DNA of 64,000 nt from Zootoca vivipara (lineage: Eukaryota). The notes under the pieces were generated by a model. It was not told the origin of the DNA. It saw only the letters and a program-made list of their open reading frames with translations, and did no database searches. The DNA lies in the NCBI RefSeq assembly GCF_963506605.1, contig NC_083283.1, positions 9,920,001 through 9,984,000 on the forward strand. Reading direction: 5' to 3'. The position numbers and the translations under genes were made by a program. This document shows, piece after piece, positions 48,882-60,189 of this stretch; position 1 is the stretch's first letter; each line of letters starts with the position of its first letter.

Positions 48882-49674
48882 AATGGTTGCAACTGTCTTT
48901 GTCCTCTGTCAATCCTTAAGCTGGACCTATGAGGCATACCAAGGAACTTCTCTCTCTCTCTCTCTTACACTTACACACACACACTTGCATCCATTATAAA
49001 CATCAAGTAAACAAATAAAGGATTTGAATGAAACCCTGCATGTCAAATTAAGGGTACCTGATTTCCCTCAGGCTTGCAAATGAATAACTGATTTCCCTCT
49101 GGCTAGCAGGGCTACAACCATTAATCAGTAAACACTGTGTAAATGTTTGCAAAGTAATCATTTAGCACCGTAGTGTGGATCAACAATGCAACCCATCAGA
49201 TGATTCGCCCATAATATGACTGTTAATCTACATTTGGCATTGCTAATTAAACTGTTTGGGTTTTGCAGAAAGCAAGCCCCACTGGCACAGGAAAGAAGTA
49301 GCTGAGAAAAATCACAATTTATTGCAAATGGAAGCTGGAGATGTATATATGTGTGTGTGTTGTGTGCATTATGCCTATTTCTGGATTATGTAACGCCACT
49401 CATGCAAATGGGGTTTTACAGAGTAGAAAAGAGAGGCTGAACTATAACATGATATCCATTAATTTGCAAATAATTTTGTGGGTCAGCTTGGACCAGAAAC
49501 TAGTTACCCACAAACTTTACCCACAGGAAGCTGCCTTATACCATGTCAGACCATTGGTCCATGTAGCTCAGTATCCTCCATTGGTTCAATTGGTGGGTCA
49601 CCAGGATCCACTACTAGATTGCTACTTGATCTAAGGTGAAGCACAGCAGTAATACTGCTACCTTGCAAACATAC

Positions 49675-49676
<2 letters not shown>

Positions 49677-49722
<46 letters not shown>
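49677..49722. repeat. (TAA)n microsatellite
   Basis: Direct tandem run. Confidence 0.95.
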
Positions 49723-49723
<1 letters not shown>

Positions 49724-50152
49724 TTGTTTTGGCTAAAGGTGGGGGCCAGATATGAAAATGTTGAAGACTCTGTTGAAGACAGTGACTCTCCAGATTTTCC
49801 TATAGGTCTCCCTTTCCAGCTCCACCTGGAGATGCCAAGGATTGAACCTGGGACTTCCTGCAGATGAACCATGGCCCTACCTGTATCTACCTAACACCTC
49901 CTTTGCCATATTTTAGGCACAAGCCATCCCTACCCTGCTCTGGATGGCTGCTGGAGTACAATCCTAAACATGCCTACTCAATCAGAAGTGACCTTCATTG
50001 AATTGACCTTGTCTTATGAATGGGAGAGAGATGACGCATATACTTCATGTGCATAATATGTGTGAAAGGATATATGGCTTCAGCTATGCATCTTGTCCCT
50101 GAGGAACAAATCACAACTGACCATTTTGCTTATCTGCTCTCTGCTTTAGCAG

Positions 50153-50213
50153 GTTCTCCATTGCTTGAAAAGGAGCCCAAAAAGAAGGTGGCATCAGAAC
50201 TCGTCACACCCAG
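50153..50213 (+). CDS. TMEM71: TMEM71 coding exon (SPLLEKEPKKKVASELVTPR), probable
   Basis: Pyrimidine tract with NAGNAG acceptor tttag/cag; CCAG|gttacg donor; phase 1 in, phase 2 out, joining the next exon in frame; weak similarity to recalled SSRLERE...P. Confidence 0.7.
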
Positions 50214-50793
50214 GTTACGTATACATTTTTATCACCTGTCTACAACAGTATTAGAGATGGTATGCTAAATTCACATGTTGCCCTTCCTTATTTTCCCTGG
50301 GCCAGATCAAATGTCGCATTCTCCTGCTCATGGCTGCTACCAAAAAGCCATTTCCTTTGCTGGTCACTAACATGTTGTGGGGGGTGGGATGTAATGTTTA
50401 AATGTATGCATTGGGAGATGTAATGTTTCACTCATGCATATGCCAGCGCTGTGCATAGATAACATATACTGCATGGCAAAAAAACCTGTCTTTTGCAGTA
50501 GTGGAGCCTGAGCTTTGCAACTTCCTCCCATAGAGATCCACCTAGTACCACGTAAAGATCTGGGAATTCACCCGAGTCTTGGATATGGTAGGATGCCAGG
50601 TAGAATGCTTTTTGTGGCTGTGATTACTTGCCTAGTTTTATGCTGTTATCTTTTATGTTGTGTGTGTCTTATTGATGCCTACTTTTGAATTGTCGGTTGA
50701 AATGAAAGAGCAGGTCAGAAACATTTAAAATAAATAATAGATGCTATGGGGCTGGGGTATTTCTAGGTGGGTTGGACAATGTAGAACAAGTTA

Positions 50794-51142
50794 AAGGTAA
50801 AGGGACCCCTGACCATTAGGTCCAGTCGCGGACGACTCTGGGGTTGCGGTGCTCATCTCGCTTTACTGGCCGAGGGAGCCGGTGTACAGCTTCCGGGTCA
50901 TGTGGCCAGCATGACTAAGCCACTTCTGGCGAACCAGAGCAGCACACGGAAATGCCTTTTACCTTCCCGCTGGAGCTGTACCTATTTTATCAACTTGCAC
51001 TTCGTACTTTCGAACTGCTAGGTTGGCAGAAGCAGGCACAGAGCAACAGGAGCTCACCCCATCACAGGGATTCGAATTGCCGACCTTCTGATTGGCAAGC
51101 CCTAGGCTCTGTGGTTTAAACCACAGTGCTACCCGCGCCCCA
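50794..51142 (-). mobile_element. Sauria SINE, full length
   Basis: 12-bp TSD TAGAACAAGTTA (50782-50793, 51143-51154). Confidence 0.93.
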
Positions 51143-51526
51143 TAGAACAAGTTAGAGCCACTTGATTGCTCGAGGAAGCAGGGATGAATGGGTAGCTCCA
51201 TGTCTAGTCTGTGTCAATTTTACATGCGTTTATTCCTTCTATCCCATTTCTACATTAATACACAATTTTTAAAAACCTACATGAAAATCCATATTCATAT
51301 TTTTAACATGGCTGTTTCATTTTTTGATATATTTTATTTTTAAAAAATGCCCATTTTCATGCATTCTAGTACATTTTGAACCCATAACTATTTTGCTAAA
51401 TTTTGGGAAAGCATGTAGGATAATTTCGTTTGCCCTAGGCATTATAACCCCTTGGAAATATCATGTGTATGTTAGAATGTAATTACACATGCCTTAGCAT
51501 AGATACCAGATAAAAGCAAGGTCACT

Positions 51527-51597
51527 GTTTCCTGCTTGGCAGGGGGTTGGACTGGATGACCCTTGTGGTCTCTTCCAACTCTATGATTCTATGATTC
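51527..51597 (+). mobile_element. CR1 LINE 3' end
   Basis: GGGGGTTGGACTGGATGACC...TTCCAACTCTATGATTCTATGATTC tail. Confidence 0.85.
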
Positions 51598-51823
51598 ACG
51601 GATTCATTCAGCTCAGAACTCTCCACATCAGAGGTAGGGAACCTGTGGCCCTCCAGATGTTGCTAAATGTTTATATATTTTCTGTATAAATAACTAACTA
51701 TAAATCTGTTCACCATAAATGTTCTTGCACTAACTGCAACAGACCAACAGAACTACCCGCTTGGGAACTTGCTGTCTTCTGCCAGATGTCTGAGTAACAG
51801 GATTTTTGTTATTATTGTCGTAG

Positions 51824-52036
51824 ATGCACAGGTGCTTTTCTGGACCACGAGACCTCCTACGAGTGTTGTTCCACCAACCCCTGCACAGGCTGTGTCCTGG
51901 CTTGCCGCAGGAGCCCTCGGCTTCTTACTAACGGCTACTATTTACTCACAGAGGACAGTTTTCTGTCTGATGAAGACGGCAACGTCACGCTGAGTCTATC
52001 CCAAACAAGTGTTACCTATAAAGAGAAATTAGTTAG
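51824..52036 (+). CDS. TMEM71: TMEM71 coding exon (CTGAFLDHETSYECCSTNPCTGCVLACRRSPRLLTNGYYLLTEDSFLSDEDGNVTLSLSQTSVTYKEKLVR)
   Basis: cgtag|A acceptor and TTAG|gtaaat donor; diagnostic CRRSPRLLTNGYY..TEDSFL.D.DGN.TL..SQTSV.YKE.LVR motif. Confidence 0.95.
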
Positions 52037-52794
52037 GTAAATGTGACCTCCTGTATAAGTTCTATTGGAGAAGCAAGTGCCTTCCACACATTCTGCAAGA
52101 CTATTGTTACTGAGTCCTGTTCAGATATTTTCATGCACCATCTCCCTCCCTATAGAAGGCCTTATCAAAGGAACTAACTACTATACAAACCAGACTATTG
52201 AGTTTACTGTTTTGGTTTGCTGCCTCTGGTAGCTTGTTGAGAATCTATATTCTTTGCAAAGGTGCAGATTAGGAGTGGATAACCTTTTCAACCTGAGCAA
52301 CTTTCGCTCATAATTAGCCGTCTAGGGGTCACATGCCAGTGGCAGAAGAGGCCAGAGGAAAAAGTTGAGTGGTGCCCAGGGCAAAAGTGTGTGTGATTTC
52401 ATTGTACAACAAGCTACATTCCAGGCATACAAAAGTCAGAGGTTTCAACATACAGACATGCACATCTCTTAGATCCAGGCAAAAAAGAGATACAATCACA
52501 GCTCAGTGACAATTCAATACCGGTAACACTTGAAGAAGACCCAGGACAGGGGTTTGGGCTGAAGAGAAGTGGGCTTGGTGTGGGGATTGTGCCAAGGAGC
52601 ACAAAAAGAGCACTGGAGGGCTGCATTTGGCCACCACATCTGAGGTTCTCCATCCATGGTACAGATTACCAAGAGATAAATTTTGGTTCTCTGCTCTGAA
52701 TCATGTTGCTGTTGATAACAATGATAACTCACCATCAGTAAGACAGTGCTTTCCAAAAGCCATTAAAAATAGAGACCTCTCCCTTCTGGCAGGG

Positions 52795-53387
52795 AATAAT
52801 AATAATTTATTATTTGTACCCCGCCCATCTGGCTGGGTTTCCCCAGCCACTCTGAGTGGCTTCCAACAAAGATTAAAAATACATTAAAATGTCACACATT
52901 AAAAACGTCCCTAAACAGGGCTGCCTTCAGATGTCTTCTAAATGTCAGGTACTTGTTTATCTCTCTGACATCTGATGGGAGGGCATTCCACAGGGCGGGC
53001 GCCACTACCAAGAAGGCCCTCTGCCTGGTTCCCTGTAGCTTTGCTTCTCGCAGTGAGGGAACCGCCAGAAGGCCCTCAGTGTTCAATAAAGCACCAACAC
53101 TTTGAATTGTGCTCGGAAACATACTGGGAGACAATGTAGGACTTTCAGGACCGGTGTTATATGGTCTTGGCAGCCACTCCCAGTCACCAGTCTAGCTGCC
53201 ACATTCTGGATTAGTTGTAGTTTCCGGGTCACCTTCAAAGGTAGCCCCACGTAGAGCGCATTGCAGTAGTCCAAGCGAGAGATAACTAGAGCATGCACCA
53301 CTCTGGTGAGACAGTCCGCGGGCAGGTAGGGTCTCAGCCTGTGTACCAGATGGATCTGGTATACAGCTGCCCTGGATACAGAATTGA
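52795..53387 (-). mobile_element. L2 LINE 3' fragment with internal deletion
   Basis: VHALVISRLDYCNALYVGLP...; FRRHLKAALFRDVFNV. Confidence 0.9.
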
Positions 53388-53391
53388 AAAC

Positions 53392-53463
53392 AGGAAGGAA
53401 GGAAGGAAGGAAGGAAGGAAGGAAGGAAGGAAGGAAGGAAGGAAGGAAGGAAGGAAGGAAAGG
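53392..53463. repeat. (GGAA)n microsatellite
   Basis: Direct tandem run. Confidence 0.95.
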
Positions 53464-53617
53464 TGAGAGTAGCAGAAGAATATGCGTAAAACTTAGTTAC
53501 ATGTAAGTTAAGTACTTAGTTTCCGTTACAGATGAGAACTTAATGGGTTAAGTGCTTCATAGGCATTTGTAGAAGATCAGTTTTGTACTAATGTTCTGGT
53601 TTATTTTTTTGTGCCAG

Positions 53618-53781
53618 AATATTTCGGAGAAGAAAGAGAATCCGCCGATCCCTTGCTAGTTTGTTCAGTATTGGAGCCTCTAAATCATGGTTGAACAGTA
53701 CCACTATTGACTTACCTTATGTAGAGGATGCTTGGTTTGATGGAGACGTGAAAGGGGACACCAATGAATATTATGACACTG
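53618..53781 (+). CDS. TMEM71: TMEM71 coding exon (IFRRRKRIRRSLASLFSIGASKSWLNSTTIDLPYVEDAWFDGDVKGDTNEYYDT)
   Basis: gccag|A acceptor and CTG|gtgagc donor; matches recalled IFRKKKRI..S.SSLF....SKSWL...ED.W. Confidence 0.92.
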
Positions 53782-53904
53782 GTGAGCATTGACTTTGCTC
53801 ATGAAAGCTAGAAGCTACTCTAATAGGTATTGTACTTAAAGACCTGTGACAAGGCGCAGTACTTCTGTGCTTATATGTTTTTCAATGGTTTTTTTTTTTT
53901 ACAG

Positions 53905-54093
53905 GTACCGTTGATGCTGCTTTCAACCGCAAAGCCCGAAGGGCAGAGAGACACAGTCTGGTACAAAAGAAACCCTCTTCTTTGAAAGATGCAACTTGGA
54001 CAGAACCAAGAAAAGAGCACCATTATTCACCTACTTATATCTTTCCCCCAGCAGAAGAAGAGTACTTCTATGAAAAATCTTTGGACTGTTCAA
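53905..54093 (+). CDS. TMEM71: TMEM71 coding exon (TVDAAFNRKARRAERHSLVQKKPSSLKDATW...EEEYFYEKSLDCS)
   Basis: T-tract acag|GT acceptor and TCAA|gtgagt donor; open 189-nt phase 1-1 exon bridging its neighbours. Confidence 0.8.
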
Positions 54094-55473
54094 GTGAGTT
54101 AAACCCTTCTCTGTGTTACAGAGCTGTTTATGATATGCCTTTCCTTGTACGAACTATCCTGGATTTTAAGATTGGCATGGGAGGTTCTGCCTGTCATGCC
54201 TTTGATGACTGCAGCTCATGGGGCTGCCACATGAAACAGAACCTTGTCAGTGGTGGCACCTCAGCTATGGAACTCTCTCCCAGTAGAGATCTGGTTGTCC
54301 CATATGTTGGGCTCATTCTTGCAGACATTTGGTACATACTTGACATCTTGTTATCTACCTCTTATTGCTGACCATTATGGCGTATTTTGTGTTTGTGCTG
54401 GTATTTTAACCATTTTTTATTTGTGGTTTTTATGAAGGTTGTCAGCCACACTATGTTCTGTTGTGAGGAAGAGCAGGATAGAAGGGAAATAAATCCACAG
54501 TCCCACTGGTGATCATTAGAAAGAAAGAAAACAAGCGGAAGTTGCCAGGAAGATGCTCTTTCATTAAAAAACGCCCAAGAACATAGTAACAGTAGTTAAG
54601 ATGAATACTTTGAATACATTCTGTAACATCTGTCATCTTGTATTTGGTGGGCTTAAAACAAAATCAGGAAGATTAAATCAGCTTAATTATGGCCTGATTC
54701 TCCACTTATGTTATTACGGCTCCAGGAATGCCTCAGAGCTCTGCAATATGTAACGTCATTTATACAAACGTTTTGGTGCATTGTTCATTCCCTATCAGCC
54801 ATTCTTTACCGTGGCCTTGCCTGTACTAGGTGTTTTGTGCTGGTCAAGGTGTGATCTAGTGGGAACAGGTTTAAAGCTAGCAAGGCACTGGAAATTTATC
54901 CTTCATTCTTTCCAATCCTCCTTCATTGATTGAGAAAAAAGCTGCATTTAAAAATCACCAAAGGGGAGATAACATTTTGGGGAAATGCTTTTGAGGTGGC
55001 CAAAAGTTTCTTCTTTCATTCTACAAATCATCTCACCAACCGTCTGTGCTCTGCAGCTTTTTCACGGCTCCATGCTACAGTTAAAGCCCAGTGGAAGATA
55101 TAATGAAAACTCCTTGAGGAGAAGTGGTATTAAGGGGTGGAAGGGACCATGGCTTAATGGCAGAGCACATTTTCATACAATCCTAGGACTGTAACATTGA
55201 AAGGGATCCAGACAGTTACCTTAGTCCAACCCCATGCAATGCAGGAAGCAGAGTTTTGGATGCAGAAGCTCCTAGGTTCAGTCCCCGGCATCTCCAGGCA
55301 AAAGGGACAGGCATCATGAGATAGGAAACACTTCTTGCCCAAGACCCTGGAAGGCTGCTGCCAGTCAGAGTAGACAGCATTGGGTAGACAAATAACCTGA
55401 CCTGTGGCTTCCTGTTATTGGGAAGGTGACAACATTCTTGCAATAACTGTTTCTCTGTGTGTGTTCTAAATAG

Positions 55474-55549
55474 AGCCTTTTACAGTGAAGCACGACCTCT
55501 GCCCAGTTATAGTGCTCTCCATGTGTTTGATCATTTCTCTCTGCGTAAG
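55474..55549 (+). CDS. TMEM71: TMEM71 coding exon, first TM helix (KPFTVKHDLCPVIVLSMCLIISLCVR)
   Basis: aatag|AG acceptor and TAAG|gtaaat donor; resembles recalled ILLAVCLIISACAR. Confidence 0.85.
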
Positions 55550-56587
55550 GTAAATCTGAATGTCTTTTTATATATAGCAGCACTTTCATCTATAATGCAT
55601 TCAAAGAATTTTTCAAAGCAGCTATATAAACCTTCGGCAAATCATGTGACCAGATATGGGAGCTCAAGGGTCCTTTGGACTAACAGCAGCCTCTTGGATC
55701 TGTTGCACGGAAAATTCAGACAGGCTTCAAAATCAGTTTGTGAAATGATACTATAGTGTGTTGCTCTAGTTTAGGTTGAGCTTTTTAAAAAATAAATAAA
55801 TAAAATCGAATACTGTACTAATGAGTGGCGTATCCCAGATGAACACCCACTTCCTATTTAGCCATTTAACAGAAAACTGATCTCCAAGGAGAGCCAAATG
55901 AAAGCTATTTTGATGCCCACTTACGAACTAGTGACTAGGGTGAATTTCTGGGATTTGGAGAATGCCAAGCTGGTTGTTGCTTGGCTCCTGATGTGAAAAG
56001 CCACCAGCTTAGCCTGACCTTGTTGACAGGTGTTTGAGTTCATGGCTGGAGGATGAATGAAACACATAGCTGTCATTGCTCTGCAGATCTCCCTGCCTGA
56101 TTTAATATTGAGATGATGTGACTTTGACATACAAGGGAAATGAATTAATTATATTTGCATTGATTATTGACCATTTGATCCTTTCCTGCTTTGAGCCTTT
56201 TGATCCATCCTGTTTAATTAATATTCAATAAATATGTTTATAATAAAAGACTAAAATAAGGGGAGGTCTGTGGTGGGAATATAGTGGGAGGACACTATCT
56301 TTTTGAGTGGGTTTGCACTTAAGTGAATTAGATGAAACTGGAAGAGGCCTCTGGGTAGGGAGAGGACTCAGCCGTAGAGAAGCTGTGGCTTCCTTTAACA
56401 GAGACTCCTCATTTTGTAAGTACTTCATAAACTTTACCTTATGTATAGGGACATCTTGGATTCTGAAAATTATTAATGTAAGGACAACACACTAGGGAAT
56501 TGCTATCTGTTGGGTAGGACATCTCTGTTTCTGACAATGTGCAAGCCTTTGGGGGGGGGGCATCTCAAATTGGATTTTTGTCATATA

Positions 56588-56812
56588 CAGTAAGCCCACA
56601 ACTTACACAAAGATTGCATTCTGGGGGATCACACTTAAGGGCAAAATTGTGTATAGTCAAAACACATTGTGTGCCTAGCAGGTAGGACTGAGAAAGTCTT
56701 TTTTCGTTGGACGCCTGCCCCCATTCCCCCTTTTTAATTTTTCTATATTTTTCGCCAAGTGATTAAAGCTGAATACGCACAAGTTAAATGCACATAAGTT
56801 GTGGGCTTAGTG
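56588..56812. mobile_element. Tc1/mariner-type MITE
   Basis: TA-CAGTAAGCCCACAACTTA...TAAGTTGTGGGCTTAGTG-TA. Confidence 0.8.
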
Positions 56813-57165
56813 TAATACCAAAGTAAATGGAGGTGTGAATAAGGTGGGCTTGCAGGGTCCCATGCTCAAATCCAAATAGGGTTTGAGGTCAAAACTGTTT
56901 TGAATGTCAAGAAAAGCCTATGGAGAATTCATTTCAATTTGGGCACAGTTCCTTACCCCACAAAAAAATAGTCCCCATACAATCTTACTTTAATTTATAG
57001 TCCATTCTAATTCAATTACACTGTAGCTTAAATTTGAATTTTAGCAATGTTGTGCATTTTTTAAATGATTTGCAAACTGCTTAGAAGCCACCAGGGCATT
57101 TAACTGGAATATAAGCAAATAAATTATGCCCAAGATGTGATTTATGTTGATTCTTGTCATTTCAG

Positions 57166-57230
57166 ATTCTTTCTGGGAGGACTGTTTACAACTCTGCTGA
57201 GCTTCTTGCTGTTGATCATCGTTTTAATTT
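57166..57230 (+). CDS. TMEM71: TMEM71 coding exon, second TM helix (FFLGGLFTTLLSFLLLIIVLI)
   Basis: tttcag|A acceptor and ATTT|gtaagc donor; hydrophobic, in frame with the previous exon. Confidence 0.85.
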
Positions 57231-57274
57231 GTAAGCAAAAAAATAAATGTTTATCCTTGCTACATGTCAGATGA

Positions 57275-57335
57275 TTCTTGCATTGGAGGGGTTGGACTAG
57301 ATGACCCTTGGGGTCCCTTCCAACTCTACAATTCA
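57275..57335 (+). mobile_element. CR1 LINE 3' end
   Basis: GGGGGTTGGACTAGATGACCCTTGGGGTCCCTTCCAACTCTACAATTC. Confidence 0.85.
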
Positions 57336-58017
57336 ATAATTTGTGGGATTGAGGGTTCACCCAGACTTCTTTTTGGCCACATTTCTAGGCACAGGGCCAG
57401 GCTTTAAAGCTCTGTGCTGAGTGGTTTTCTTTTTGTCCCGATGCTTTCCCCAGGAAAGCCCCCATTTTACCGCTGAATTGGAGCAAATAACAAAGGGCTT
57501 CCCCAATGGATTGCCATTTGCCATTCAGTGGTAAAATGTGGGTTTTCCCAGGGAAAGCGCTGGGACAACAAACAAACAAACCGCTTGGGTATGGAGCTTT
57601 AAAGCACAGGCCCACACCTGGAAAGCGTGGTACAAGTCTGCATGAGTCCTGGCTTGAGGTACTGTACCTAAATCTTCTGAAAACAAGTGTGTGCTGTGCC
57701 CATTAAGCAATCATAATCATCTATATTTTATTTGATAAAACACCAAAAGTTAGAATAGGTTTTTGAACCTATTTTGCAGTGCTATTTCATACCTATTTCA
57801 CTGCTAATTTGGACTGCATAATAATTTCCTAACCAAGACATAAAACTTATCTAATCAAATTTACCAAGATGCTTATTTCCAACAACTTACAGACTGCTGC
57901 ATGACTAGGAGTCAACGTGCCTAAATGATTGTGCCTTAAGTTATATTGACAAATGTGAGAATGTTAGATGATCTTCAGCTGTGTAATACTTGTCATTTCC
58001 CCCCCTTCTTCCATCAG

Positions 58018-58040
58018 GTTCACTGGCACTTTTGTACTAG
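58018..58040 (+). CDS. TMEM71: TMEM71 candidate terminal coding exon (CSLALLY*)
   Basis: Strong acceptor tttcccccccttcttccatcag|GT in the correct phase; TAG at 58038-58040; no recognisable homology. Confidence 0.45.
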
Positions 58041-58309
58041 TCCCTTCGTGGGACCACCTGTCAGTTCATGTGATCTGCAGAGAATAATCATCCTTTCCCT
58101 TCAGAATCTTATGTGTTTCCTTGCCTAAGCTACCTGTAGGAACATCTGCAATGTTTTTTTTTAAAAAAAAACCACATGCCTTCAAGCTGCACCAAGGACA
58201 CAGATGAAAAAGCATTTGGAGGAATGAGGATTCTGAAAGCATCTCACAATTTTCAGGATTTAGGAACTGGTAAAAACCCAAGCTGGGCCAGGACATTGGG
58301 TTGGCAATT

Positions 58310-58385
58310 AAGGTAAAGGATAAAGGATCCCTGGACAGTTAAGTCCAGTCAAAGGCAAATATGGGGGTGCAGCGCTCATCTCACT
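58310..58385 (-). mobile_element. Sauria SINE 3' fragment
   Basis: AAGGTAAAGG...CCCTGGACAGTTAAGTCCAGTC...GCGCTCATCTC. Confidence 0.8.
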
Positions 58386-59179
58386 TACCTTGGCAGTTAT
58401 AACACATGATCAAACTGCTAATCCCAGAAAGGATGGGGTGCTAGCAAACTAGCCTCATCCTATAGCTATGTGTGCATTGCATAGGAAAGACCGTCAGTGG
58501 TAGGCAAGTGACCTTTAAGAAATGCTTGCCCACTATTTCTGATGTTCTTATTGGGGAACCCAGAGAGGCTTCCCCACACAACAGTTTGAAAACTGCTGCT
58601 CTCCCTTAATCCAGTGCAGGACTGTTCATTTTGTTTGCCATCTTATCAGTAGACAGGATACGTCCAAACTGATTTTATGAAAGGTTCATGTTTGATGACC
58701 TGCATCCAATTTTCCAAACTGGGTTGGGAGTAGATATGGGGAAACTCAAGTTCAGACTTCCCACGCAGGTTTGAAAGGTCTAGACGTACCATTGTCTCTC
58801 TCAGAATAAGCCTACCTTACAGGGCTGTTGTGAGGATAAAGCACCACTCTGAGTTATTGGAGGAAAGGCAGGCTGCAAATAACTAAGTAAATTAGAATAA
58901 ATGATGTCATGCATTCAGTCCAGCTGCACCACTCTGATTCCCTGTGCTATAAATTTCTTGGTCAGGAAAAGTTCAGAATTTTTGTATCATTTGTGCACCT
59001 TTCTTACTTGTAATACTGTATAAGCTATAATAAGAGCAAATCGCCACATTTCAGTGATACTTATCAAGGCGCCTAATCCTGAAACCTATACTTGTATTTG
59101 AATACATATTTTACAATAAAGTTTTTGATGCACAGTAGTGCAATTATCATTATTTTTATGTTGCAGATACACTTGTTAT

Positions 59180-59313
59180 TTAATAATAATAATAATTTAT
59201 ACCCCGCCAATCTGGCTAAGTTTCCCCAGCCACTCTGGGCAGCTCCCAATCAAGTGTTAAAAACAATACAACATTAAATATTAAAAACTTCCCTAAACAG
59301 GGCTGCCTTCAGA
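59180..59313 (-). mobile_element. L2 3' tail
   Basis: Same tail as 27790-27930. Confidence 0.85.
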
Positions 59314-59394
59314 TTTTGAATTCTGAAGTATTTGTTTGGGAAGATAGAAATTGCTTGGTTCCAAGTTTGTGGTGCAATGCAGAGCGCTACACAT

Positions 59395-59875
59395 TGTCAG
59401 GGACTGGGCAGAGGGGGAATGGTGGAGACAGTCTCCCCACCCTGACCCTTCCAGAGAAGAGGAAGGCAGTTTAGAATTGAAACAGGGGTTTGAGGGAGGG
59501 CACAGCTCAGAGGCAGATGAGGAGGAAAGCTGGGAAATAATGGGAGGAGGAAGAAGCACCACGAGGGCAAGAGCTGAGTTTTTTTTAGAAAGCATTCCAG
59601 CCCCCCTCCCAGAACCTGGCGAGCCTTGAAAGCAGGAGAGCAAAGAGATCAAAGGCAGAGGGCACTTGTCAGCACCTGTAGAGGTGATGAGGATGACGAA
59701 TGAGGAAGTGCGAGAGGAGGGGGTAGAGATTCACTCGGGACAATGCCATTATCCAAGAGGCTGGGTTCTAAAGCCTCTCTGTAAATACTGAATAAAAAGC
59801 GGATGGTAAGAACATTTCTTGTCTTTCTACGTTCCTGGGCAACTGGTTGTGGGAGTTGCTGGCAGCCGCCTGACA
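59395..59875 (+). mobile_element. Solo LTR (about 481 bp)
   Basis: TGTCAGG...CCTGACA termini, 5-bp TSD CACAT (59390-59394, 59876-59880), AATAAA at 59791. Confidence 0.85.
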
Positions 59876-60189
59876 CACATGTAATTTGGTGTGCAAAATT
59901 GTGGCAGGCAAAAAGGTTGCATCTGCAACTATCTATCTGTCCATCTGCTCTCCCCCATCTTCTATTATCCTATTACTCGTCAGCAGTGGGACCATAGTTC
60001 AGAGGCAGAACACATCCTTTGAACGCAGACGCCCTCAGGTTTGATCTTTGGCAAACACCAGTCCAAAAGCAGTCCCAGGGAGTAAGCGCTAGGAAGGTAT
60101 CCCTGCAAAAGACCATGAAGAAGCACTCCCTGCCAGACAGATGCTAGTGACTTGTGCACTGTTGTTGTGTGTGTGTGTGTGTTCAAGAA

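Noticed and set aside
59293-59652. Glu-rich / Ser-rich ORFs
   Set aside because: Within the solo LTR; compositional ORFs.
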